A stretch of DNA of 55,079 bases, taken from positions 1 to 55,079 of the forward strand of contig JAANOX010000072.1 in assembly GCA_020184695.1 (NCBI GenBank), in the 5' to 3' direction. Every line of letters begins with the position of its first letter. Within the stretch, counting starts at the first letter, position 1. The notes under the pieces were generated by a model. That model searched no databases, was not told where the DNA came from, and saw only the letters and a list, made by a program, of their open reading frames with translations. This document shows positions 31,922-43,000 of the stretch, one piece after another. The stretch is from Histomonas meleagridis 2922-C6/04-290x. Its lineage: Eukaryota > Protista > Parabasalia. The translations under genes were made by a program, and so were the position numbers.

Positions 31922-32268
31922 AAAGATTAAATTATTCGATTTCGAAACTCTTAAGACAATAAATTTATTGTTCATCTAAAATTTGAATTTGTGTTGCTTT
32001 AATTGCTGATGTTCAAACTTTTCCATGGTTTTGATAAATGTTATTAATTATTATGAAATTTCATTTTTTTGCAAAATAAATTGATGGAAAGTAGACTGTA
32101 GTTATTACACAGGTAATTTAATCATTAGTTCATGCTAAAATAACAGTCGTGTTGTTTTATAAAGAAAAAAAATTGGTCTTGTTGTCCACAGTCAAATAAT
32201 TCACAGAATATGTCAAAAAGTGTAAAGTATTCAATTGTTCCATTCAAATATTGTGCTGGTAACCGCCA

Positions 32269-32282
32269 TTTGGCCGTCCTTT
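32269..32282 (+). promoter_or_regulatory. TTTGGCC-N2-CCTTT (M5) core promoter of RPL15
   Basis: CCTTT at 32278-32282, 6 nt before the ATG at 32289; same upstream heptamer and spacing as RPS9. Confidence 0.65.
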
Positions 32283-32288
32283 TGTCAC

Positions 32289-32903
32289 ATGGGAGCATAC
32301 TCATATCTCCGCGCATTATGGACAAAGAAACAAAGCGATGTCATGCGTTTCATCCTTCGTCTTCGCTGCTGGGAATACCGCCAACTTCCAGGACTTGTTC
32401 GCTTAACCCAACCTACACGCCCAGATAAAGCACATCGTATGGGATACAAAGCCAAGCAAGGTTATGTTATCTATCGTCAACGCATCAGGAAGGGTGGCCG
32501 CAGGAGAGTTGCTAAGAAAAACAGAATTTATGGTAAGAACCGTACCCACCATATCTACAAGTTAACACCAAAGGTTAACCTTCAAAACATGGCTGAAATG
32601 AAGGCAGGTAAGGCTCTTCCATCCCTCCGTCTCCTTAACTCATATTGGGTTAATGAAGATGGTGTTTTCAAGTATTACGAATGCATCTTCGTCGATCCAA
32701 TGCACCCAGCTATCCAACATGATCCAAAGATCAACTGGATTGTTAGTTCTAAGCACACACATCGTGAATGCCGCGCACTCACATCAGCAGGTCGTAGACA
32801 TCGTGCTTTAATGGGCAAAGGAAAGGGCTATCGCAAGATGAGACCATCACGTGATGCTGATTGGAAGATTCGTAACACAATGAAACTCCACCGCTTCCGT
32901 TAA
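32289..32903 (+). CDS. RPL15: 60S ribosomal protein L15 (eL15)
   Basis: MGAYSYL...KKQSDVMRF...RCWEYRQ, PTRPDKAHRMGYKAKQGYVIYR, LNSYWVNED. True ATG is 32289. Confidence 0.98.
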   Translation: MGAYSYLRALWTKKQSDVMRFILRLRCWEYRQLPGLVRLTQPTRPDKAHRMGYKAKQGYVIYRQRIRKGGRRRVAKKNRIYGKNRTHHIYKLTPKVNLQNMAEMKAGKALPSLRLLNSYWVNEDGVFKYYECIFVDPMHPAIQHDPKINWIVSSKHTHRECRALTSAGRRHRALMGKGKGYRKMRPSRDADWKIRNTMKLHRFR

Positions 32904-33167
32904 AAATAAAAAATTTTTCAACTCATATTTATCGTTTTTTACATTTGCTGATAACAACAAATTTAGTAATTGGAATTCATTTTTTTAGTTGCTTCTTTCC
33001 CAATTCCATTTTCTCCTTTGAGAATCACATATTGTGATATTAGCGAAAACATATTTTTTACTTTTTGTTATGAAATTATTATGAGTAATCTTTGGGTAGA
33101 AGTTAATATGATTTCTTAGAAACAATTCCTATAGAGCTTCATATCTAATACTTTATTCATTAAATAT

Positions 33168-33770
33168 TTAGAACAAATGCATAGCTTCTTTAATCCAAAA
33201 GTCACTTATGCTATAATACCATAAAGATTTCCTTTGTTCTTTGGGCAATGTGACCAAATCCATCGAAAATTTTATATAACACTTATATAAATTATTATTG
33301 AATATTAGCAGAAATTGTTCACATGTTATAGTTATTGATTCACATTCTTCAATTAAACTAATTTGTAGTTTAAGGATGTCTGAACTTGATATCTGTAAAT
33401 TTATCACTGCTGATTATAATATTAATTATTACCATATATTAGCATCAAGTGGATTTTGGAAAGGATATATCCTATTTTTAATATGCTTGTTTCATTATTA
33501 TTAATAATGTGAGTGTGACAGAAAATTATAGTTTTATCATCAGAATTTAATAATAGTCCGGATGGATATATTGCGGGCTTATGAATTATTTGGAAGTTAA
33601 ACATAACAATTTACCTTTGGAATTAATTTCGATTTTTTCATCAATAAATTTATCATTTGAATTTATAATACAAGATAAACATGACTTAGTTAAATTAGAC
33701 TTTAATTCGATTGGATGTAAATCATTAACTTTATCTTCAATGTAATTTAAGAATTCGATAATTAAATCGA
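33168..33770 (-). pseudogene. Frameshifted remnant of an unidentified gene
   Basis: Consecutive coding-looking segments in different frames (IDLIIEFLNYIEDKVND.../FNFQIIHKPAIYPSG.../INLQISSSDILKL...). Confidence 0.35.
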
Positions 33771-34089
33771 TTCATTACCATTGGTGAAAGTTGTAATCAA
33801 AAATAGAACACACATTTTTTTATATTACATTAGTGCAACGAATGATTATATATATGTATATATATCATTAACTTTAATAAAATTAGTTTAAAGAGATCAA
33901 AATTGAAATATACTTAAAAGTATATGAATTGTAGTAACAAATTAAAAATCTGGCAAGTAACATCATAAGAGCAAATTCATAGTGTTTTACAAATTCTTTT
34001 GTTTATTTTATCTCAATGATAACACAATTCTTAACAACAATCGAAAATTTTTCATTAAAAAGATAAAAATATATAAAGATATATTTTAT

Positions 34090-35298
34090 TTATATTTCTT
34101 GTACATATGTTGGCACAATTTGTGCGCCAGCAGTACAGAATTGGCATGAAGCGATTACATACAATGCCAATATATTTAATTTTCTCATTAATTCGGTATC
34201 TACCAACAAACTTAACAAAAACAAAAGCGCCGCCGCAATCACTAAGAAAGCTGGCAATAAAAACGAAATTATTAATTGGGGAATTGTTTTATATGACAAA
34301 GTATTAATTCTCTCAGCGTTTTTCGCTTGTTTTCTCGATCTCTCATTGTCAAACAACACCATTCCCCTTAATGATCGCGCGAGAACAATCAATTGCACAA
34401 AGTCATGCGCCGAAATAATTCTCAAAACAGATATAACTAATTCAACAACAACAAATAATATGTTCATTATTTTATCATTCATTTTATCATAGAAATATAT
34501 ACGTAAAACTATAAAAACAATTAAATCAACAGGTGAAAGTGAATACAAAATATTAAATATCTTTTTGGGAACTCGAAATAGACTTAATATTGTCTCACGG
34601 AAAACTGGAGCTGAAAACAATTCATGTCCGGGATGCTTATAGATGTTATTTAATGTCGCCATTGATACTATTGTCGATGCAAATGATGAAGTAATGAAAA
34701 GAGAAAAGATAAGGATAAACGTGTTGAGAAGTAATGGATCATTAATTACGAGTTTTGGATCAATTGGTCCAAGTGATAATTTATTGAATCCAAAATGTGC
34801 AAGAGTATAGATAGAAATGTAGATAAGAAGGAATAATGGCTTTTGGACAAGTGAAAATGATGATAAAACACCAATAAAAATAATTGCAAAAATACAAAGA
34901 AGAGATGGAATAATTAGATGATTAATATCAATGTTAACTTTTAGGAAATGGACGGCAATAATAGAAAGCGAAAGTACAAAAAATGATATGAAAAAGCCAT
35001 AAAATAATTGATATAAAGAAATAAAATTCATATCATGCTTTTCTTCAGGATTAACAACGCGTGTGTAGAATTGTAATGGATCTTGCTTTGCTTTAGATGA
35101 TGATTGTGCAGAATGCTTTTTGTTGATTTTTTGTTTTGCAGATTTTTCTGGAAATACATATTTTTTGATGGCATCCATAGGTAATATTAAATAAGCAATG
35201 CTTTTGAGCATAAAGAATGCTGGGGTAAAGCCAATTTTGCATGTTACCATCAAAACAATAAATATTACTGCAAACCCTTCAAGCATTGATTTTTTCAT
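34090..35298 (-). CDS. Polytopic membrane protein, weakly TMEM161-like
   Basis: About 7-8 hydrophobic segments and a Lys-rich loop after the first. The CDS is solid; the family call is tentative. Confidence 0.7.
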   Translation of the reverse strand: MKKSMLEGFAVIFIVLMVTCKIGFTPAFFMLKSIAYLILPMDAIKKYVFPEKSAKQKINKKHSAQSSSKAKQDPLQFYTRVVNPEEKHDMNFISLYQLFYGFFISFFVLSLSIIAVHFLKVNIDINHLIIPSLLCIFAIIFIGVLSSFSLVQKPLFLLIYISIYTLAHFGFNKLSLGPIDPKLVINDPLLLNTFILIFSLFITSSFASTIVSMATLNNIYKHPGHELFSAPVFRETILSLFRVPKKIFNILYSLSPVDLIVFIVLRIYFYDKMNDKIMNILFVVVELVISVLRIISAHDFVQLIVLARSLRGMVLFDNERSRKQAKNAERINTLSYKTIPQLIISFLLPAFLVIAAALLFLLSLLVDTELMRKLNILALYVIASCQFCTAGAQIVPTYVQEI

Positions 35299-35765
35299 AT
35301 CACATGACGGTCTCTTGCGGTATCTGGCCGGCCAATTAAACGCTCAAAATTCTCTTTGCATATTTCTCAAAATTAAAATAATATTAACATATTAAAGCCT
35401 GCTTCCATGATTAGTGTATGTGAAGGTTTGCATAATTTAAATTTTTGAAATTAATCAAAATTAGGATAAAAAATTAAAAGATTTTATTTACTCTTGTATC
35501 TTAAATATTTAAATGTAGATGTGATTTAATGCTATCAGTTATTAAGTATCTTGAAATCTAATCTTTTTTCACCTTCCAAGAATTATTTGGTTGCATGTAA
35601 TTCCACATGATACTAAAAGTGCTGCTCACCGAACTATCATCTTTCAAAAAGTTATCTGACAAGATTTTTTCATATGTTTACTCAAGTATTTGAAAGAATT
35701 ATTCAAAAGTTTTTGAGTCAACGTAAACTTGATCGTATGGCACCGAGAGCTTGCTTCACAAATTC

Positions 35766-36704
35766 ATGGCTCATCAAGATTTAGTTAGAGGTAAAGTAGT
35801 CTCACATTTTGTTGTTGATAAAAAACTAGGTGAAGGAGGATTTGGTCAAACTTATTCTGTTATTGACCAAGAGACTCATCAAATGTATGCAATGAAAATT
35901 GAATATATGAACTCACCAAATAAAGTGTTAACAAATGAAATTCGAGTATTGTACGAACTTCGAGGAAATCCACACTTTCCACAATTCATTGATGATGGTG
36001 TTGAGGATGACTTTTTCTTCGTTGTAATGGATATTTTTGGACCATCACTTAGCAAAATGAGAAAGAGGATGAGTGGAAACAAGTTTTCCCTTACAAAAAC
36101 TCTTACTCTTGGAATAGAAATGTTACATGCTATTGAAGCACTTCATGAAAAAGGTTATGTTCATTGTGATATCAAACCATCAAATTTCCTTGTTTCTCCT
36201 CGGCCTGAACACAGTCTTGTTTTAATTGACTTTGGTTTATCAGAAAAATTCATAGACAGAAATACACATTCTATTCGTTCATACAAAAATGATTGTGGAT
36301 TTGTTGGAACATACACATATTCGTCTGTTCATGTGCATAAAGGAAAGAGGTATTCGCCACGTGATGATTTGATTTCCTGGTTCTACTCACTCATTGAGAT
36401 GGCAAAAGGGTCCCTTCCTTGGGACACCCCAATGGACCCCGCCGATATGAAAAGTGCCAAAGAAAGAATATCATTCATCAAAATTTGCAGACATCTTCCA
36501 ATAGAGTTCGACAAGATATATTTGTACTTAAAAAAACTTAAGTATAGCTCAAAACCAAATTATGGCATCATAGAACATTTTCTTAAAAGCGCAATTAAGA
36601 AAACAGATGAAAATGTAATTATGGAAGAGAATAGAGAATTTAATATGGCTATGAACTTAAGATCAAGTGGAACTTCACAAATGTCTGCTCAAATTTCTTT
36701 GTAA
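35766..36704 (+). CDS. Casein kinase 1 family (CK1/TTBK-like) kinase
   Basis: LGEGGFG, YAMKIE, HCDIKPSNFL, LIDFGLS, RDDLISWFY, GSLPW, KPNY. Likely ATG is 35766. Confidence 0.95.
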   Translation: MAHQDLVRGKVVSHFVVDKKLGEGGFGQTYSVIDQETHQMYAMKIEYMNSPNKVLTNEIRVLYELRGNPHFPQFIDDGVEDDFFFVVMDIFGPSLSKMRKRMSGNKFSLTKTLTLGIEMLHAIEALHEKGYVHCDIKPSNFLVSPRPEHSLVLIDFGLSEKFIDRNTHSIRSYKNDCGFVGTYTYSSVHVHKGKRYSPRDDLISWFYSLIEMAKGSLPWDTPMDPADMKSAKERISFIKICRHLPIEFDKIYLYLKKLKYSSKPNYGIIEHFLKSAIKKTDENVIMEENREFNMAMNLRSSGTSQMSAQISL

Positions 36705-37003
36705 ATGTTTTTAAAATATAATAAAAATAAACTTTTTTAATACATCTTCTAAACAAACATATAAAATAACATCAAATGAACTTAAAATATGTTTCATATT
36801 CATTCATTGTATGTGCAGAAAAAAGTAATTTATAAATGTTAAACTAGTGTATAACTTTAAAAGATGGAACATCGCGAAGTACATTCATGTAGAACTTTAA
36901 AATATAGATAAGATTTTTTACTTTTATGATCATCAAAGAATTAACAGTGTGCTCGATGCCATTTAATAGTAATAAAATATATTATTAATATGAAACCATT
37001 TAT

Positions 37004-37555
37004 TTAGATATTAAGGCTGTTTTCCATCTGTTGTTGGATGTGCTTGATATCTGCAGCAAACTCATAAAACTCTTTCATTCCCATTTCAACTGATACAGGA
37101 TCATTGTTCTCAAAAGAGAGCTTCATCTGCACAAAAGCAGATCCATTTTCTGAACTTGAAGCAGCTGTGAGACCAAATCGCCATTCAAGATCAGAAAGTT
37201 TATCGCCTGATGAACGTGATGCCATATCTTTACACAGGCTATCTATTCGAGAGTTTACAACTGAAGAAAGAGCTGATGATAGCTCATCTGAAATTCCAAG
37301 CGATTTAAAAGTATCAGCTGAATCAGTTGTAGCTGAACGAGACTGAAGTAACCTGTAAACTAGTGATGATATAGTATCAGAAATATTTTGGAGTGTTGAA
37401 ATATCTGCAATATCATTTAATGAATTAAGTTGTGTTTGAAGATTTGTTTGATATTGGATACTATCAATAACAGAAGAGCATATTTGACGAATCCCATCCT
37501 CTGAAATTGAATTTAATAATGGAATATTATCTCTGATTTGCTGCTGTGAAAGCAT
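37004..37555 (-). CDS. COMM-domain protein (COMMD7-like)
   Basis: C-terminal LSDLEWRFGLTAASS...FVQMKL...VEMGMKEFYEF. Confidence 0.85.
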   Translation of the reverse strand: MLSQQQIRDNIPLLNSISEDGIRQICSSVIDSIQYQTNLQTQLNSLNDIADISTLQNISDTISSLVYRLLQSRSATTDSADTFKSLGISDELSSALSSVVNSRIDSLCKDMASRSSGDKLSDLEWRFGLTAASSSENGSAFVQMKLSFENNDPVSVEMGMKEFYEFAADIKHIQQQMENSLNI

Positions 37556-38671
37556 TTAAAAGTGTCATATCATTATGGAGAACGTTTAATCCTTCCAACG
37601 ACACTTTACCTACAACTGTTGCTCCATAACAACAACAAAGATAATGTGAACATGATAAAACAAAAAAAAATTTCATACTCATTTGGAGGAAAAGCTTTCA
37701 TGCTAAATATATAATGTATTTGAACAAAGTCCATATACAAACAATAAAAACATGAAAGATGAGAGAGTATCAACTCCTAGGAAAATTTTTAAAAATAATA
37801 TCTACTTGTATACTAAGCATCATTCCATCATACAAAAAAGAAAATATACTTTTTATTGGCCAAGCAGACGGTTGTAATAAGTTTAAGCTATTGTGTTTAA
37901 ATGGAAGATAATTTTAGCGCTAAAATTTGGTGCCTAAGCTAGTGATCTATTGTAAAATAACACCGTCACTTTTTTCTCTCAGAAAAATATTTACAACAAA
38001 TCACCGCTGATGAATCAGGATTTTTTACACATTTTTATTTTTTGATAAATAACGCCCAAAATATATTTCTTGTTGTGTTGCTGTTTATTCTTGGTATCAT
38101 TACTCAGACTCCTATTGAATCTTTTGAAAATTAACAACATCTTTAGATTTTGTTCTGTTTTTACGATTCTAACTTTCCACATGATCGAAATATTCTGATA
38201 ATTTGATATTTTTATTTGTTCTATTTTACAGTATAAGATGATTTGGTTTTGTTACATAAAGTGTTTGTTCCTTGAGATTACGTCAATAACCGCTGTCAGA
38301 AAAAAAATTGATAATGTACAGGTCTGTACAATTTAGTAGGTTTAACACAAAATTTGAAAAGCCGAAAAGTACGTTAGCATACGCTGATTTTTTCTTGTCA
38401 TTTTTGATTTGGTGAACCATAATTTTATTTACCATTCGATGTATTAACAGGCCAACTTAATGAAACTTCAAAAGTACTGAACAGTAGGCTTCATGGACAA
38501 TTCAAAAAACCAATTTTTTTTCTTATGTCATAATAATTTTCAGTGACGAATTAAGAATTCCTTGATTTCAATCAACGTAAACTACTCAAATATCTATCGG
38601 GTTGAGGGTTGTTTTGACGGTTTTTTCAAATAGTTATCTGTTTTGAATTGTTTACAACGTATACAACTTTC

Positions 38672-39685
38672 ATGGCAAAACACCTGACTTCGTGGGCTGC
38701 TTCTATTCCTTCATTCCCTGAAGATTGTCTCCCAAACGATGCAACAAAAAACGAAATACCAAAAAGTTTTATAAAATCCTTTAATTTCAATCCAAATTCT
38801 GCTATAACTACTATTCAAGAAAGTAAACCAGAATTAAAAAATCCTTATTTCTTAGGAAACTTTCTATGCACGGTTCAAGGTATTTCTCCTCTTCAACTTA
38901 GGAAATTTGTTTTTTCAGATATTAATCATTCCAAAACGATTCTCTATCATATTTTTTCGGCAATAAATATCGAGTTTATGTCAATTGAAAATGCAGCTCA
39001 CCTTCTTCTTTCTCGAATAGCTTTTTCTAATAACATTAAAGAAATCAGAATAATTATTGAAAGTTTTGTTAGTGCTTATGTATCTGCTAATCCATCCACC
39101 CAAATGAATAAGCTACATCTGTTACGAACCGTTGCAGTTTACATTTTATTATCTGCTACAATTGGCCAACCAATAGAAATGACATTAGAGAAATTTTCGA
39201 AATATATGGAAAAAGTCAGGCTTGTTCATGCCACCAGTATCAAAGAAATATACCAATCCATGAAAGAAGCCCCTATTGCCATTTTTTTACCATTTGTAAT
39301 AAATACATCAGAGAAGCCAATTCTCACCAAAACGTCACTTGTCAAGAAGAAAGCTGATTTTGCTCTTAAAAAGAAGCGTTTTATCGAGGTCTCCAACAAG
39401 AAGTTTCGATGTTATAATGATCAGACCAAAAAGGTATTAAACGTCGAATTCTCACTAAAAAATGTCCACGATGAGCTGCCGAACGAAGGAAAAGATTTCA
39501 ACAAAATTATCCTCACGACTTACACTGAAGAGCCATTGTATGTGAAATCGAAGAAAAAGGAATTCGACTACTCGTTCACTGTTGACGACGACAGAGAAGT
39601 TTTGCTTTGGAGAGAAGCGATTAATTACAATTCGTTTTTGGCAACACTTACTTCTTATATTAAGCAATTAAAGGCTGCTAATTAG
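38672..39685 (+). CDS. Sec7-PH protein (cytohesin-like) lacking the catalytic Glu finger
   Basis: ISPLQLRKFV...IAFSNNIKEIRIIIESFVSAYVSANP, MTLEKF, then a PH-like region ending WREAINY. Likely ATG is 38672. Confidence 0.75.
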   Translation: MAKHLTSWAASIPSFPEDCLPNDATKNEIPKSFIKSFNFNPNSAITTIQESKPELKNPYFLGNFLCTVQGISPLQLRKFVFSDINHSKTILYHIFSAINIEFMSIENAAHLLLSRIAFSNNIKEIRIIIESFVSAYVSANPSTQMNKLHLLRTVAVYILLSATIGQPIEMTLEKFSKYMEKVRLVHATSIKEIYQSMKEAPIAIFLPFVINTSEKPILTKTSLVKKKADFALKKKRFIEVSNKKFRCYNDQTKKVLNVEFSLKNVHDELPNEGKDFNKIILTTYTEEPLYVKSKKKEFDYSFTVDDDREVLLWREAINYNSFLATLTSYIKQLKAAN

Positions 39686-40072
39686 TAAACAACTTAGCGA
39701 TGAATTTGCATTTTCTTTGGAGTTTAATAAATTTTTTATCATTTAAAACATCTTTTTTTGTACATGAAAAATTTCTTTTCCTTACCAAAAAAAAATATTG
39801 AAATATAAAGAAGTTATTCGATTTCTGATTTTTTTGGTGAACTCAAAATACTTTTAAGAAAAATTATTTTGGATCAAACAAGAAGGAAAATCATTTCCAA
39901 AATTAGTTATATGTTATCAAAGTTATTCAAATTTTCGTTGAAAACATATAAAACTTAAAGTAATTTACAAAATTTTTAAAATAATATAAATCATTGTTTT
40001 ATAATGCATTAATGAAATTAAAGAGATTTTATCATCACCTTTAATGTATATGAGAGCAAGAATATGTTTTCA

Positions 40073-43000
40073 CTATCCAAAGTCTTTTAAAATTTGTTCC
40101 CCTAACAGTCTATTGTGATATTCTGCCTGTCGGATTCTAATTGCTTTTGATTTCTTACAATATAATATCGAAACAACAACAATTATCAAAATTAATACAA
40201 TAACACCAAATATTGCCAATACAATAAGCAAATTATTTGATTTAGATTTTGTATCTTTTGTAAAATAACATATATCAAAATAATCATCTGGTTTAACAGC
40301 AAGAATTTTATTCCATTGTTTTGTATTATTAATATTATAATTATCATAATTCTTCATATATGGTAAACACAATGTAATATTATAAACAAAAATTCCATTT
40401 TTTTGCACAATACTTCGATTTGTACTTTCAAAAACATTCATATCAAAACTTGGAGGATTTTCCGGAAATGAAATTATTGATAATGAAGAACATCCCTTAA
40501 AAATATTTTTTGATTCATATGATGCAATATATAAAGAAGGGAAATGAATAAATGAAAGTGATGAACATCCTTTAAAACATTCATCACCAACAAATTCTAT
40601 TAATTGTTCAAAAAGAACCATTTCAAGCGATGAACAATTTTCAAATGCATTATTATAAATAATATTTAAATTATCAAGGATAAGTATTTCTAATGAAACA
40701 CAATTTGAAAACGCAAATGATTCAATCTTTACCACATTTTCAAGTGAAATATTTCTTAATTTATAACAATTCATAAAACATTTTGATTCAACGTTTATAA
40801 TATTTGGTAAATTAACAACTTCAAGATTTATACAATTCTCAAAAAATGATGAATAAATTGTTTCTTTAATCATTAATGTAATATTAATAAGAGAAAAACA
40901 ATTCTTAAATGTATTATTTCCAATGTTTTTAAGTTTAGGTAAATCAACATTTGAAATGTTTGGGCAACTTTCAAATGAAGATGATCCAATTTGAAAAATA
41001 TTTGTTAAATTAATATATTCTAATGATTTACAATTATAAAATGCATAATCTCCAATTATTTGTATTTTTGGTACATTTAAATATTTTAGTTTTATACAAT
41101 TACAAAATGAATATGAATTTATTTCAATAATGTTTGGTAAAGAAATTGATTCAAGATTTTCACATGATTCAAAGATACAATTATTAATTTTAGAGATTTC
41201 ATGATCAAAAGATACGACTTTGTTACAATTTGAAAAACATCTAGCACCAACTTTTTTTAATTTTGTGAAATTAATTACTTTAATACCTGTATTCATAAAA
41301 CATTCATCACCAAGAATTAATACATTTGGAATATTTATATCTGTGAGTAAAGCAAGATCTTTAAAACATCCATTACCAATTTCATATAAATTAGATGCAT
41401 TTATTCTTTTAAGATTTGTTCCAACGAAAACTTCTTTTCCAAGAATTTCTAATTTTGGTAAATTCATATATATTAATTGAGAACAATTTTTAAATACTGA
41501 ATCACCACATATTTTTAATGAAGGAAAATCGAAGTTTATAACAGATTTACTATTAGAAAAGGAATAATCTCCAGCATATTCTAAATAAGGCAAATGTAAA
41601 ACAGCATTTGAACACTCACATTTATAAAAACATTTATCACCAATTTTAGTCACATTCAAATGAAATTCTTTGATATAATCTGATGAAACAAAAGTTGAAT
41701 TTTCAAAACATGAATTTTTTAATTCATTACATTTTGGTATATAAAGATTTTTAATTTTTTGATTTGAAAATAAATATTCTGGTGCAATTTCAAGATTTGG
41801 AAAAGAAAAATTCGTGATTACATTTTGACCTTGAAATAAATTACCACTACAATTGATTAAATTTGGTGCATCGAATCTATCAAAAGAATTACAATTTTCA
41901 AAGACATAACTTCCTGCTTCTCTAAGATTTGGAAATGTGCAATTTTTTAAATAAAAACAATTAGAAAAAGTTCGATCTCCTATCTTTTTGACATTAATTA
42001 GATTTATAGTGATAAGTGAAAAACAATTTGAAAATCCATAATCAGAAATATATGTAATATTTGGTAAATTAATTTCTTCTAAATTAGAACAAGATGAAAA
42101 TGAAGAAACACCAACAATTTCAAGTAAAGGTAAATCAATAGTTTTTAAACTAATACATTCTGCAAAGCATTCAGTAGGACAAATTTTTAGATTTGGAAAT
42201 GAAATAAATTCTAATTTTTTACATTGAAAAAAGCTTCTTTGACCAATTATATTAATACTTAAACTAGTAAAATTCTTTAAAGAATTACATGAAATAAATA
42301 CACATGAGCCAAAAGTATTAACATTTTCACCAATAATAATAGTTTTTAAATTAATACATTTGGAAAATGTATTATCATTGATTATTTTTACGTTATTACC
42401 AATTATAACTTTTTCTAATTTTTTACATGAATCAAATACAGAGTTTCCAAGCGAAGTAACTGAATCAGGAATTTTAATATTTGTTAGTGATAAACATGAA
42501 CGAAATACAGAATTTCCAATAACTTCTACATTTTCACCAATTATAATTTCTTCCAATTCAAAACATCCATCAAAGACACTGTTTCCGATTTTAGTTACGG
42601 AGTTTGAAATTATAAACTTTTTTAATTCTATACATGAAGAAAACGCATCATTTCCAATTGTAATAACTGAGTTTGGAATTGTAATATTTGTTAAAGAAAT
42701 GCATGACGAAAATGCATTGTCTTTAATTGATGTAATATTTCCTTCAAAGTTTACTGATAATAAGCTTGAACAACACCAAAATGTACCATATTCGATTGAG
42801 GTTAATTTTTTTGGTATTTTGATTGTTGTTAATGATAAACAAAGGAAAAATATATTGATTCCAATTGTTTCGACATTTTCGCCAAAATGAAATGTTTCTA
42901 AATTAGAACATGAACTAAATACTTCATCTCCAATAAAATTAACAGAATTTGGTATAGTAATACTATTTAATTGGGAACATGAAGAAAATGCATATTCATC

